Notes: a model not told the origin generated them from the letters alone. Shown: positions 47,569 through 55,367, counted from the stretch's first letter. The stretch is 56,700 nt of DNA from Candidatus Omnitrophota bacterium (GCA_020053475.1 JAGVNC010000019.1:1-56700); one strand, 5' to 3'. Numbers and translations are program-made.

Positions 47569-47634
47569 GTGGATTTTTTTAGCCTCGACGCGAATTAGCG
47601 AAGCGCCTTGAGCGGAGAAGCTAAAAAAATCCAC
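47569..47634 (-). repeat. Hairpin unit 3 (core inverted)
   Basis: Perfect 15-bp stem gtggatttttttagc/gctaaaaaaatccac. The core at 47589-47616 is the reverse complement, tccgctcaaggcgcttcgctaattcgcg. The unit is followed by gttgatatttttt. Confidence 0.85.
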
Positions 47635-47654
47635 GTTGATATTTTTTCCTGATC

Positions 47655-49061
47655 ATGGCACTTTATATTTATAATTCTCTCACCAAGCGCAAAGAGGCCA
47701 TTCCTCCCGCCAAAGAGCAAAAAACCATCAAGATGTATTCGTGCGGTGTCACGGCGTACGACCGTTGCCACATTGGCCACGCCCGCAGCCTGTACGTGTT
47801 CGACGTGATCCGTCGGTACTTAAAATTTAGCGGATACAACATGAATTTTGTGCGCAACATTACCGACATCGATGACAAAATCATCAACAGAGCCAACGAA
47901 TTAAAGAAACGTTTTGAAGTTGTTGTCAAAGAGAACATCGACGCCTACTATCAGGATTTGGAAGCGCTGGGGATCGCCAAGGCCGACATCGAGCCGCGCG
48001 CGACCGAGAACATCCCGGAGATGGTTGCCCACATCGAGGCCTTGATTAAGAAAGATTACGCGTACGAGATCGGGGGAGACGTGTATTTTAGCGTCCGCCA
48101 ATTCAAGAATTACGGCAAGCTTTCGCACCAAAGCATCGATCAAATGAAGGAAGCCACGCGCATCGATGCCGATCCGCGCAAAAAAGACCCCCTGGATTTC
48201 GCGTTGTGGAAAAAATCCAAAGACGGCGAGCCTTCTTGGAAAAGTCCGTGGGGACAAGGACGCCCGGGTTGGCACATCGAATGCTCGTGCATGAGCATGA
48301 AATTTTTAAAGACCCATACATTGGACATCCACGCCGGCGGACGGGACCTGATTTTCCCGCACCACGAAAACGAGATCGCCCAGTCCGAGGCCTTGACCGG
48401 AAAACCGTTTGCCAAACATTGGATCCATCACGGGTTGCTCACCATTAACGGCCAAAAGATGGCCAAGTCGTTAGGGAATTTTATTACCGTTCAGGACGTG
48501 TTAAAAAAATATCCCGTCGATACCCTCAAAATGTTTTTTTTAGCGTCGCATTACGCGAGCCCCATTGATTATAGCGAAGAAAAAATCCAGGAAGCGGGCA
48601 AGGCCCTGCAAAAATTTGATATTCTCTTTTGGAAGGCCGCCGGATTGATCCAGGACGAAACAATCGAAGGCTGCAACGCGGATTTCATCGAGCGCGCGGA
48701 AATAAGTTTTACCAAAGCAATGGACGATGATTTTAATACGCCTCAGGCGTTAGCGGCGTTGTTCGATCTCGTCAATGACACCAACAAATTCATCGATGAG
48801 GAAAAGAAAGATCCCCGTTACCAGGAAATCATTTTCCAAGCGGTCGAGACGCTGGAAACGTATTGCCGGGAAGTGTTCGGGCTCTTTACGAAAGAGCCGC
48901 AAAAAGAATTACCGCCGGCAACCAAAGAGTTACTCGATCAGCGCGCCCAAGCCAGGCAAAAGAAAGATTTCAAGCGGTCCGATGAGATCCGTGCGTTGTT
49001 ACAGGCCCAAGGTGTTGTCGTTGAAGATACCAAAGAAGGCCAAACGTGGAGATGGGCGTGA
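47655..49061 (+). CDS. cysS: Cysteine--tRNA ligase
   Basis: Contains CGVT.YD..HIGHAR, the zinc-site CH motifs and the KMSKS variant KMAKS. Confidence 0.9.
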   Translation: MALYIYNSLTKRKEAIPPAKEQKTIKMYSCGVTAYDRCHIGHARSLYVFDVIRRYLKFSGYNMNFVRNITDIDDKIINRANELKKRFEVVVKENIDAYYQDLEALGIAKADIEPRATENIPEMVAHIEALIKKDYAYEIGGDVYFSVRQFKNYGKLSHQSIDQMKEATRIDADPRKKDPLDFALWKKSKDGEPSWKSPWGQGRPGWHIECSCMSMKFLKTHTLDIHAGGRDLIFPHHENEIAQSEALTGKPFAKHWIHHGLLTINGQKMAKSLGNFITVQDVLKKYPVDTLKMFFLASHYASPIDYSEEKIQEAGKALQKFDILFWKAAGLIQDETIEGCNADFIERAEISFTKAMDDDFNTPQALAALFDLVNDTNKFIDEEKKDPRYQEIIFQAVETLETYCREVFGLFTKEPQKELPPATKELLDQRAQARQKKDFKRSDEIRALLQAQGVVVEDTKEGQTWRWA

Positions 49062-49645
49062 GGATTCCCAACGTTTATATTATTGCCGGGCCTAATGGAG
49101 CTGGGAAAACAACGTTTGCTAAACAATATTTACCTTTATATGCTAAATGCAAAAATTTTGTAAACGCTGATTTTATTGCGCAAGGGTTGGCGCCGTTTAC
49201 ACCAGAATCGGTTGTCATTAAAGCAGGTAGGATTCTTTTAGAACAAATTGATGCTTTAGCTAACCAAAATGTTGATTTTGCCTTTGAGTCTACTTTGTCA
49301 GGTAAAGCATATATCCCCTTTCTCAAAGAATTAAAATCGAAGGGTTATATTATTCATATTTTCTTTTTATGGATTCCTACCGTCAATCTTGCTTTAGCCA
49401 GAATTAGAGAAAGAGTAGAACAAGGTGGGCATAACGTTCCTGCCAAAGATGTTCGTCGGCGTTTTGTAAAAAGTTTGAATAATTTCTTTAACGATTATAA
49501 ACTGCTTACTGATCATTGGTGTATCCTTGACAATTCTACCATCCCGCCTCGATTACTTGCTGAGGGAAAACCTGGTAAAATTGATATTTTTGATGCTGAG
49601 GTTTATAAAAACATTTCAAAAGGAAGGGATAAAACCCATGATTAA
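49052..49645 (+). CDS. Zeta-toxin-like / COG4185-type P-loop ATPase
   Basis: Walker A IIAGPNGAGKTT and a zeta-like layout (FAFESTLSG; GGHNVP..DVRRRF). The start overlaps the cysS stop. AT-richer than its neighbours. Confidence 0.65.
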   Translation: MGVRIPNVYIIAGPNGAGKTTFAKQYLPLYAKCKNFVNADFIAQGLAPFTPESVVIKAGRILLEQIDALANQNVDFAFESTLSGKAYIPFLKELKSKGYIIHIFFLWIPTVNLALARIRERVEQGGHNVPAKDVRRRFVKSLNNFFNDYKLLTDHWCILDNSTIPPRLLAEGKPGKIDIFDAEVYKNISKGRDKTHD

Positions 49646-49802
49646 AGTGAAAAAAATTAGAAATCAGGCTGAAAAAGCCATGCGAGAAGCCGTAAATAAA
49701 GTTGTTGAAGAGAGTAAGAAATCTGGAATTCTTTTACCTGTCTGGAAAAACGGCAAAGTGGCTTATATTAGAGCCAAAAATATTCGCAAAACGGGACGAT
49801 AA
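49638..49802 (+). CDS. 54-aa basic protein translationally coupled to the zeta-like gene
   Basis: MIKVKKIRNQAEKAMREAVNKVVEESKKSGILLPVWKNGKVAYIRAKNIRKTGR*. Its ATG overlaps the upstream stop (ATGATTAA), and an SD (AGGAAGGG) lies about 10 nt upstream. Confidence 0.5.
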   Translation: MIKVKKIRNQAEKAMREAVNKVVEESKKSGILLPVWKNGKVAYIRAKNIRKTGR

Positions 49803-49807
49803 CGCAG

Positions 49808-50440
49808 ATGAAGGGTAAATTCATTACATTCGAAGGATCGGAAGGGTCGGGGAAGTCGACGCAGATTGCGTTGCTGCATAAATATTTGAAACGCAAAGGC
49901 AAGTCGATTGTCTTTATCCGCGAGCCGGGGGCCACCAACATCGGCGAGAAAATCCGCCAGGTGCTCCTTGACGTCAAGAGTGCGGGGATGAATGATATTT
50001 GCGAAACGTTTCTCTACATGGCCGCGCGCGCGCAGTTGGTCGAGGAAGTGATTCGCCCCGCGCTCGCCCAAGGCAAAATTGTGTTGTGCGACCGATTTTT
50101 AGATTCCACATCTGTTTACCAGGGTTACGGCAACGGCGTTGATTTAAAATTGATCGAATCAATGGGCAAGGCCGCCACACAAGGCGTTAATCCGGACATT
50201 ACGTTCTTTTTTGATTTGGATGCGGGCAAAGGATTGTCGCGACTGAAACGAAAGAAGGACCGCATCGAACGCCGCTCGCTCGCGTATCACCGTCGGGTGC
50301 GTGCTGGTTACCAGGCGCTGGCGAAGAAGGACCCGGAACGTATTAAATTAATCGCTGTCGATGGATCGATTGAAGAGATCCACGGGAGAGTAGTGGGATA
50401 TATTGATCAATTATTAAAAATCCAAAACTCAAAACACTAA
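49808..50440 (+). CDS. tmk: dTMP kinase
   Basis: FITFEGSEGSGKSTQ, DRF.DST.VYQG and the lid region RLKRKKDRIE. Confidence 0.9.
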   Translation: MKGKFITFEGSEGSGKSTQIALLHKYLKRKGKSIVFIREPGATNIGEKIRQVLLDVKSAGMNDICETFLYMAARAQLVEEVIRPALAQGKIVLCDRFLDSTSVYQGYGNGVDLKLIESMGKAATQGVNPDITFFFDLDAGKGLSRLKRKKDRIERRSLAYHRRVRAGYQALAKKDPERIKLIAVDGSIEEIHGRVVGYIDQLLKIQNSKH

Positions 50441-50543
50441 ATCCAAAATAAACTCAAAATACAAAATACAAAAGTACGAAATTGTTTGGATCATTTGAAT
50501 TTTGGATTTGTTTAGGATTTTGGGTTTAGAGTTTTGAGTTTAT
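50416..50543. repeat. About 128-nt imperfect palindrome (A/C-rich arm then G/T-rich arm) built from degenerate AAAYYCAAAAY units
   Basis: Arm pairings: actcaaaac.ctaaa with tttagagttttgagt, taaatccaaaat with attttgggttt, and aaactcaaaat with aattttggattt. The element overlaps the last 8 tmk codons and ends at the stop codon that opens the holB frame. Confidence 0.7.
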
Positions 50544-50549
50544 AAAAAT

Positions 50550-51554
50550 ATTACAGAAGACATCCTAATCCACAACGACGTTCTTCAAAGATTCGCTCAG
50601 CTCCACCAAGCCCAGCGCCTGGCGCACGCGTACCTGTTTGTGGGGGCGCTCGACATCGGCAAAAGCGAGACCGCCTTAACGATCGCCAAGCTCCTTAATT
50701 GTACGGCTCCTAAAGACGGCATGTATTGCAACACCTGCGCGACGTGTTTGAAAATTCAGTCCGGCAATTACCCCGACATTCACCGCATCAGCAGTGAAGA
50801 GGGCGAGGCCATTAAGATTGAGCAGATCCGCGATCTGTTGAACCAAAACAAACTGCGCACTTATGAAGCCGCTGTCAAGGTGTTCATCATCAAGAACGCC
50901 GAGAACATGACGACCGAGAGCGCCAACGCCTTCTTAAAGACGCTGGAGGAGCCTTCGGCCAACAGCCTGATTATCTTGACTACGTCAGTGCCGGAAAAAA
51001 TCTCGGCCACGATCCGTTCGCGCTGCCATTTCGTGTATTTTCGTAGCCGACCCAAAGAGATGCTTGTTGGCATGCTCGCCAAGACCTATTCAATGGACAA
51101 GCCCCAAGCCCAATTCCTGGCGTCGTTCGCCGAAGGGTGCTGGGGGCGCGCCAAAAAGTTGGAACAAGAAAAGTTTTACGACACCAAAAACGAAATCATC
51201 GACCGGTTTATCTTAGGCCGCCACCCCGCCCGCGGCGTTGGCCGCGAAGCGGCGGGGCCAGTTGGCGAGGCCTACATCAAAAGCATTTTGGCCGACAAAA
51301 AGCAGCTCAAGGAACTCTTAAACGTTGTCTTAAGCTGGGTCCGCGATTGTTACCTCATTAAAAATGGAGTGCCCGAAAAAGACTGGATGCACAATGACCG
51401 TTCCGACGATCTCATGCAATTTCAGCAACAGTACTCTTTCGGCGATTTAACGGCGCTCAAGGAAGAAGTGGTGGGCACCATGAATTTGTTAACAGAAAAC
51501 CTGAATGTGAAGATTCCTTTAATGATTATTCAGGAAAGGATGTCTCATGGATAG
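50550..51554 (+). CDS. holB: DNA polymerase III delta' subunit (start codon uncertain)
   Basis: ILIHNDVLQRFAQLHQAQRLAHAYLFVGALDIGKSETA...LLNC...C..C..C is the delta' N-terminus. Homology extends upstream of the first canonical start (GTG 50640). The frame opens at 50538, and only ATT/ATC/CTG codons lie before 50640. Confidence 0.75.
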   Translation: MTEDILIHNDVLQRFAQLHQAQRLAHAYLFVGALDIGKSETALTIAKLLNCTAPKDGMYCNTCATCLKIQSGNYPDIHRISSEEGEAIKIEQIRDLLNQNKLRTYEAAVKVFIIKNAENMTTESANAFLKTLEEPSANSLIILTTSVPEKISATIRSRCHFVYFRSRPKEMLVGMLAKTYSMDKPQAQFLASFAEGCWGRAKKLEQEKFYDTKNEIIDRFILGRHPARGVGREAAGPVGEAYIKSILADKKQLKELLNVVLSWVRDCYLIKNGVPEKDWMHNDRSDDLMQFQQQYSFGDLTALKEEVVGTMNLLTENLNVKIPLMIIQERMSHG

Positions 51555-52422
51555 AGTGGTTCAAATACAGCTGGGTGAATACCGGCCGGTTGGGTTGTTT
51601 GATATCAACTCAATCGAGGTGTCCCGCGGCGATATTGTGATTGTGGAAGTGGAACGCGGCTCCGAATTCGGCCGGGTCGTGTCGGTCACCGCCGGGGGCT
51701 GCAAAAGTAAGGCCGATGCCATCCTAGGCAAGATCCTTCGCAAGGCGACGGAAGGCGACCAAAAGCAAATTGAGAATAACCGCATGAAGGCGCAGGACGC
51801 GCTCAACAGCTGTGTGCGCAAAATCAGCGAGCGGGAACTCGACATGCAAATCATCAAGGCCGAGTACACATTCGACAGCAGTAAAATCATCTTTTCATTC
51901 ACATCCGACGGCCGTGTGGATTTTCGTAACCTTGTTAAAGACTTGGCTAAGATTTTTCGTGTCAGGATCGAGCTCAAGCAAATCGGCGTGCGCGACAAAG
52001 CCAAGATCGTCGGCGGCTACGGGGTCTGCGGCCGGGAGCTGTGCTGCTCCTCGTACATGAAAGGCTTCCACGCGCTGTCGATCAAGATGGCCAAAGAGCA
52101 GGGCCTGCCCTTAAACCCTTCGCGGATTTCCGGGGTGTGCGGACGGATCAAATGCTGCATGGCGTACGAATTTAGCGTGTACAAAGAATATGCGAAAGCC
52201 CTCCCGCACGTCGGGGACAAGCTGAGTGTCGGCGAGGAGAGCGGCAAGGTCGTCATCGTCAATATTTTAAAAAAATATGTCAACGTGGACTTAGGCGAGG
52301 GACGCATTGTCAAAGTCCAATGCGACACCCAAAGCCCGCGGATTGTGGAGAGCGCAGCTGTCGCCACCAAATCGAAGGATATGGATGACTCTGACCATCT
52401 TCACGAGATGGAGGATCATTAG
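51547..52422 (+). CDS. ricT: PSP1 domain protein (RicT/YaaT)
   Basis: GDIVIVEVERGSEFGRV, a PSP1 C-terminal domain and a Cys cluster (CGRELCC...CGRIKCC). Confidence 0.85.
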   Translation: MDRVVQIQLGEYRPVGLFDINSIEVSRGDIVIVEVERGSEFGRVVSVTAGGCKSKADAILGKILRKATEGDQKQIENNRMKAQDALNSCVRKISERELDMQIIKAEYTFDSSKIIFSFTSDGRVDFRNLVKDLAKIFRVRIELKQIGVRDKAKIVGGYGVCGRELCCSSYMKGFHALSIKMAKEQGLPLNPSRISGVCGRIKCCMAYEFSVYKEYAKALPHVGDKLSVGEESGKVVIVNILKKYVNVDLGEGRIVKVQCDTQSPRIVESAAVATKSKDMDDSDHLHEMEDH

Positions 52423-52475
52423 GAATGTTTATTAATGTCGCCAGCCGCCAGTCTCTGGTGACCGGCGACTAGCGA

Positions 52476-52536
52476 TCCTCTGAAATCGCTTTACGATTTC
52501 GGGGATTAAATCCCGGGAAGGCGAAGCCTTCCACGG
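52476..52536 (+). repeat. REP/MITE-like double-hairpin element (copy 1) flanked by a 9-bp direct repeat
   Basis: The element reads ctgaaatcg-cttta-cgatttcgg, then ggggattaaatccc, then cgggaaggc-gaa-gccttccacgg. gactagcga occurs at 52467-75 and again at 52537-45. Confidence 0.8.
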
Positions 52537-52548
52537 GACTAGCGACTT

Positions 52549-54045
52549 ATGAAAAAATTTTTTGTAACTACTCCAATTTACTACGTCAACGACAAGCCGC
52601 ACATCGGCCACGCGTACACAACCATCCTCGCCGATGTCTTGAGCCGCTTCCACCGCCAGCAGGGAGACGATGTCTTTTTCTTGACGGGATTGGATGAGCA
52701 CGGACAAAAAGTCCTGCAAGCCGCCGAGAAACGCGGCGTGTCCCCCCAACAACACTGCGACGAACTCGCCCCGCGCTTTTTGCAGTTGTGGGACAAGTTA
52801 GAAATCGGTTACAGCGACTTTATCCGCACGACCCAGTTGCGCCACGTCAAAGTCGTCCAGGATGTGTTGCAAAAAGTGTACGACGCCGGCGACATTTATC
52901 AGGATGAGTACACGGGCTGGTATTCCGTGGCCGAGGAGCGCTTCATCACCGCAACCGAAAAAGAATCGGGGCAGTTTCGCGACGTCAAAGAGCTCAAAGA
53001 AAAGAATTGGTTTTTTAAGATGAGTAAGTATCAGGCGCAGCTCATCAAAACCATCGAAGACAATCCCGGCTTTATCCAACCCAGCCATCGACGTAATGAA
53101 ATCCTTGGGTTTTTAAAGCAACCGTTGGGTGATTTGTGTATTTCCCGTCCCAAATCACGGATGAGTTGGGGGATTGATTTGCCCTTCGACAAGGATTACG
53201 TCACCTACGTCTGGTGGGACGCGCTGGTCAATTACATCACCGCTCCCGGTTACGGCGTCGATGAGAATAATTTCAAGAAATGGTGGCCGGCCCAAGTGCA
53301 TTTGATCGGCAAAGATATTCTAACGACCCACGCTGTGTATTGGCCCACCATGTTATTTTCGTTGGGGCTCCCGTTGCCGCAAACGATTTTCGCGCACGGC
53401 TGGTGGCTCATCGGGGAATCCAAAATGAGCAAGTCGGTGGGGAACGTCGTCAATCCTCTGGATTTGGTCGACAAGTATGGGGTTGATCCGGTGCGTTATT
53501 TTTTGATGCGCGAGATGATTTTAGGCCAGGACGCGAATTTCACGCTCGATAGTTTTATCAAACGCTACAATTCGGATCTTGCCAATGATTTTGGGAATTT
53601 GCTCAATCGTGTCGGGGGGCTCATCACGAAATTGTTTAATGGAGAAGTGCCCAAGCCCGGAAAATCCGAAGCCACTGAAACCGAAATCCACAATATCGTC
53701 AATGCGTTGCCTGAGAAAATCAATAAATGTTTAAGCGAATGGAGTGTCAATGGCGCGATTGAAGAGGCAATGAACCTCGTGCGCCACACCAATAAATATA
53801 TTGAATCGCAAGCCCCCTGGAAGGTCGCCAAAACCGATATGGAGCGCACCGCCACCATCCTCTACACAGCCACCGAAGCGCTACGCGCCGCCACTGTTCA
53901 CCTTGCCGCGGTCATGCCAGCGAAAACCAATACCGTTTTAGCAATTTTAGGCGCCAAAGGCACCGGCCCGTCGTGGGGAGGGCTCAAGCCCGGCACCAAA
54001 CTCCCCAGCCATGAAGCGTTGTTTCCGAGGTTGGAGGTGGAATGA
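52549..54045 (+). CDS. metG: Methionine--tRNA ligase (short form)
   Basis: Contains TTPIYYVNDKPHIGHAY and KMSKSVGN; 498 aa with no C-terminal tRNA-binding domain. Confidence 0.9.
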   Translation: MKKFFVTTPIYYVNDKPHIGHAYTTILADVLSRFHRQQGDDVFFLTGLDEHGQKVLQAAEKRGVSPQQHCDELAPRFLQLWDKLEIGYSDFIRTTQLRHVKVVQDVLQKVYDAGDIYQDEYTGWYSVAEERFITATEKESGQFRDVKELKEKNWFFKMSKYQAQLIKTIEDNPGFIQPSHRRNEILGFLKQPLGDLCISRPKSRMSWGIDLPFDKDYVTYVWWDALVNYITAPGYGVDENNFKKWWPAQVHLIGKDILTTHAVYWPTMLFSLGLPLPQTIFAHGWWLIGESKMSKSVGNVVNPLDLVDKYGVDPVRYFLMREMILGQDANFTLDSFIKRYNSDLANDFGNLLNRVGGLITKLFNGEVPKPGKSEATETEIHNIVNALPEKINKCLSEWSVNGAIEEAMNLVRHTNKYIESQAPWKVAKTDMERTATILYTATEALRAATVHLAAVMPAKTNTVLAILGAKGTGPSWGGLKPGTKLPSHEALFPRLEVE

Positions 54046-54059
54046 TGAATTATGCTTCC

Positions 54060-54121
54060 ATAATCGTGAAAGATGTGATTATTTCGTATGTTTTCACGAT
54101 TATATTAACAAAATCGTGAAA
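54060..54121. promoter_or_regulatory. Three copies of AATCGTGAAA (direct, inverted, direct)
   Basis: ataatcgtgaaa at 54060-71, its exact reverse complement at 54092-54103, and aatcgtgaaa at 54112-21. Confidence 0.6.
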
Positions 54122-54189
54122 ATAAGGGTTGTTTGGCCATATGGTCAAGGCGTTCGAGCGCGCCACAGAAGGTGATGCTCTGCACTGTC

Positions 54190-54266
54190 ATTTGCGAACC
54201 ATCGGCTGTGGTTCGCAAAATCCACTTGTTTTCAGGCCCGATCAATGGTATATTATTTGCGAACCA
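54190..54266. promoter_or_regulatory. Three copies of (A)TTTGCGAACCA: an inverted pair plus one copy abutting the -10
   Basis: tttgcgaacca at 54191-201, tggttcgcaaa at 54209-19, and atttgcgaacca at 54255-66. Confidence 0.6.
54226..54254 (+). promoter_or_regulatory. Candidate promoter of the fic gene
   Basis: TTGTTT, a 17-nt spacer, then TATATT. Operator-like repeats lie immediately upstream of the -35 and downstream of the -10. Confidence 0.4.
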
Positions 54267-54308
54267 ACACGAGTAATTCGATCAATTTTATGTGGAAAAT
54301 GAGGTCTT

Positions 54309-55367
54309 ATGGTTCGGAAAGTTCGATTAACTAAGTCCCCCGATTTGAAGTCCCAGGTCCAACAGCTGCGTTCCCAGTTCGGTGATGTGATCAATGTCAC
54401 CAACGCCGAATGGTATTCTTTATTTAAAGATGAAATCCGCAATTCGATCGCGATTGAAGGTGTTTTCACCAACCGCCAGGACCTCTTAGATGTCCTTGAA
54501 CATAACAAACGCACGGACAAGCAAAAGGCGGCGGCAATTTTGGGTTACTACGAAGCCGCCAGTGCCATGTATGAATACGCCAATAATCAATTTAAAGAAA
54601 ATGAGTTTATGCTGCGCATGGCCGATATTAAGCAAATCCATACGCTCTTGATGCGTTATGAAAAAGATCTAGGAACATATATTGGCGCGATTGGGGATTT
54701 CCGCAAAAATAATATCCAGGTGGCCCAGGCCACATTTCGCCCTGTGGATGTTTTTTACGTGCGCCAGGCCATGGAATTGTTCATTAAATGGTTTAATGAA
54801 AATCTAAAAAAGAAACATTATGACGGCATCACGTTGTCCGCCATCGCCCATGTCTGGTTCGAGACCATTCATCCCTTTAGCGACGGCAACGGGCGGGTGG
54901 GGAGGATCTTATTGAATTATGCCCTCATTGGGCAGGGGTTGATGAATGTGGCGATTAAAGGCGTCGCCAAGAATGAGCGTGAGCAATACTATCATGTCTT
55001 GGAGAAAGCGGACCGCTCGTTTGAAGACATTCATCGTCGGATCGAGGGGGGGAAGAAAATCCAACCCGCCGATCTCGCCCGATCAATCCGCCAAGAAGAT
55101 GTCCAGCCGTTTGTTGTCATGATTACCGGGTTGCTCAAGGAAGCAATCAACCGGCTGAAAGGCGGGAAGCTAACGAATTTAAGCCAGGAAGCGCTTGTGC
55201 CTTTACGCGATCTCGCCCGTGTGTATGACTATTCGCAGGATTATCTGCGCAATTTGATCAATCGCGGCCAGTTGAAAGCTCAGAAAAAAGGGAAGCTGTG
55301 GTACGTCCGTGTGCGCGATTTAGCGCGGTACGTGGAGAAGGCGGGGAAAAGTGCGCCACACCAATAA
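54309..55367 (+). CDS. fic: Fic/DOC family protein with N-terminal inhibitory helix motif and C-terminal excisionase/MerR-like HTH
   Basis: Fic motif HPFSDGNGRVGR. The sequence SIAIEG fits the (S/T)xxxE(G/N) auto-inhibition motif. The C-terminus LVPLRDLARVYDYSQDYLRNLINRGQLKAQKKGKLWYVRVRDLARYV is HTH_17-like. Confidence 0.8.
   Translation: MVRKVRLTKSPDLKSQVQQLRSQFGDVINVTNAEWYSLFKDEIRNSIAIEGVFTNRQDLLDVLEHNKRTDKQKAAAILGYYEAASAMYEYANNQFKENEFMLRMADIKQIHTLLMRYEKDLGTYIGAIGDFRKNNIQVAQATFRPVDVFYVRQAMELFIKWFNENLKKKHYDGITLSAIAHVWFETIHPFSDGNGRVGRILLNYALIGQGLMNVAIKGVAKNEREQYYHVLEKADRSFEDIHRRIEGGKKIQPADLARSIRQEDVQPFVVMITGLLKEAINRLKGGKLTNLSQEALVPLRDLARVYDYSQDYLRNLINRGQLKAQKKGKLWYVRVRDLARYVEKAGKSAPHQ

Noticed and set aside
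47388-47634. Possible CRISPR array or T-box/riboswitch leader between cysE and cysS
   Set aside because: There are only three units, and the conserved segment sits inside hairpins rather than alternating with unique spacers. One core is inverted and no cas genes are nearby. No T-box motif (AAUUAGGGUGGUACCGCG-like) or specifier-loop architecture is visible.
54042-54119. 25-aa hydrophobic ORF (MMNYASIIVKDVIISYVFTIILTKS) overlapping the metG stop and using the GGAGGTGG SD
   Set aside because: Its sequence is largely dictated by the AATCGTGAAA repeat copies. It is too short and there is no way to test conservation here. It is mentioned only as a possibility.
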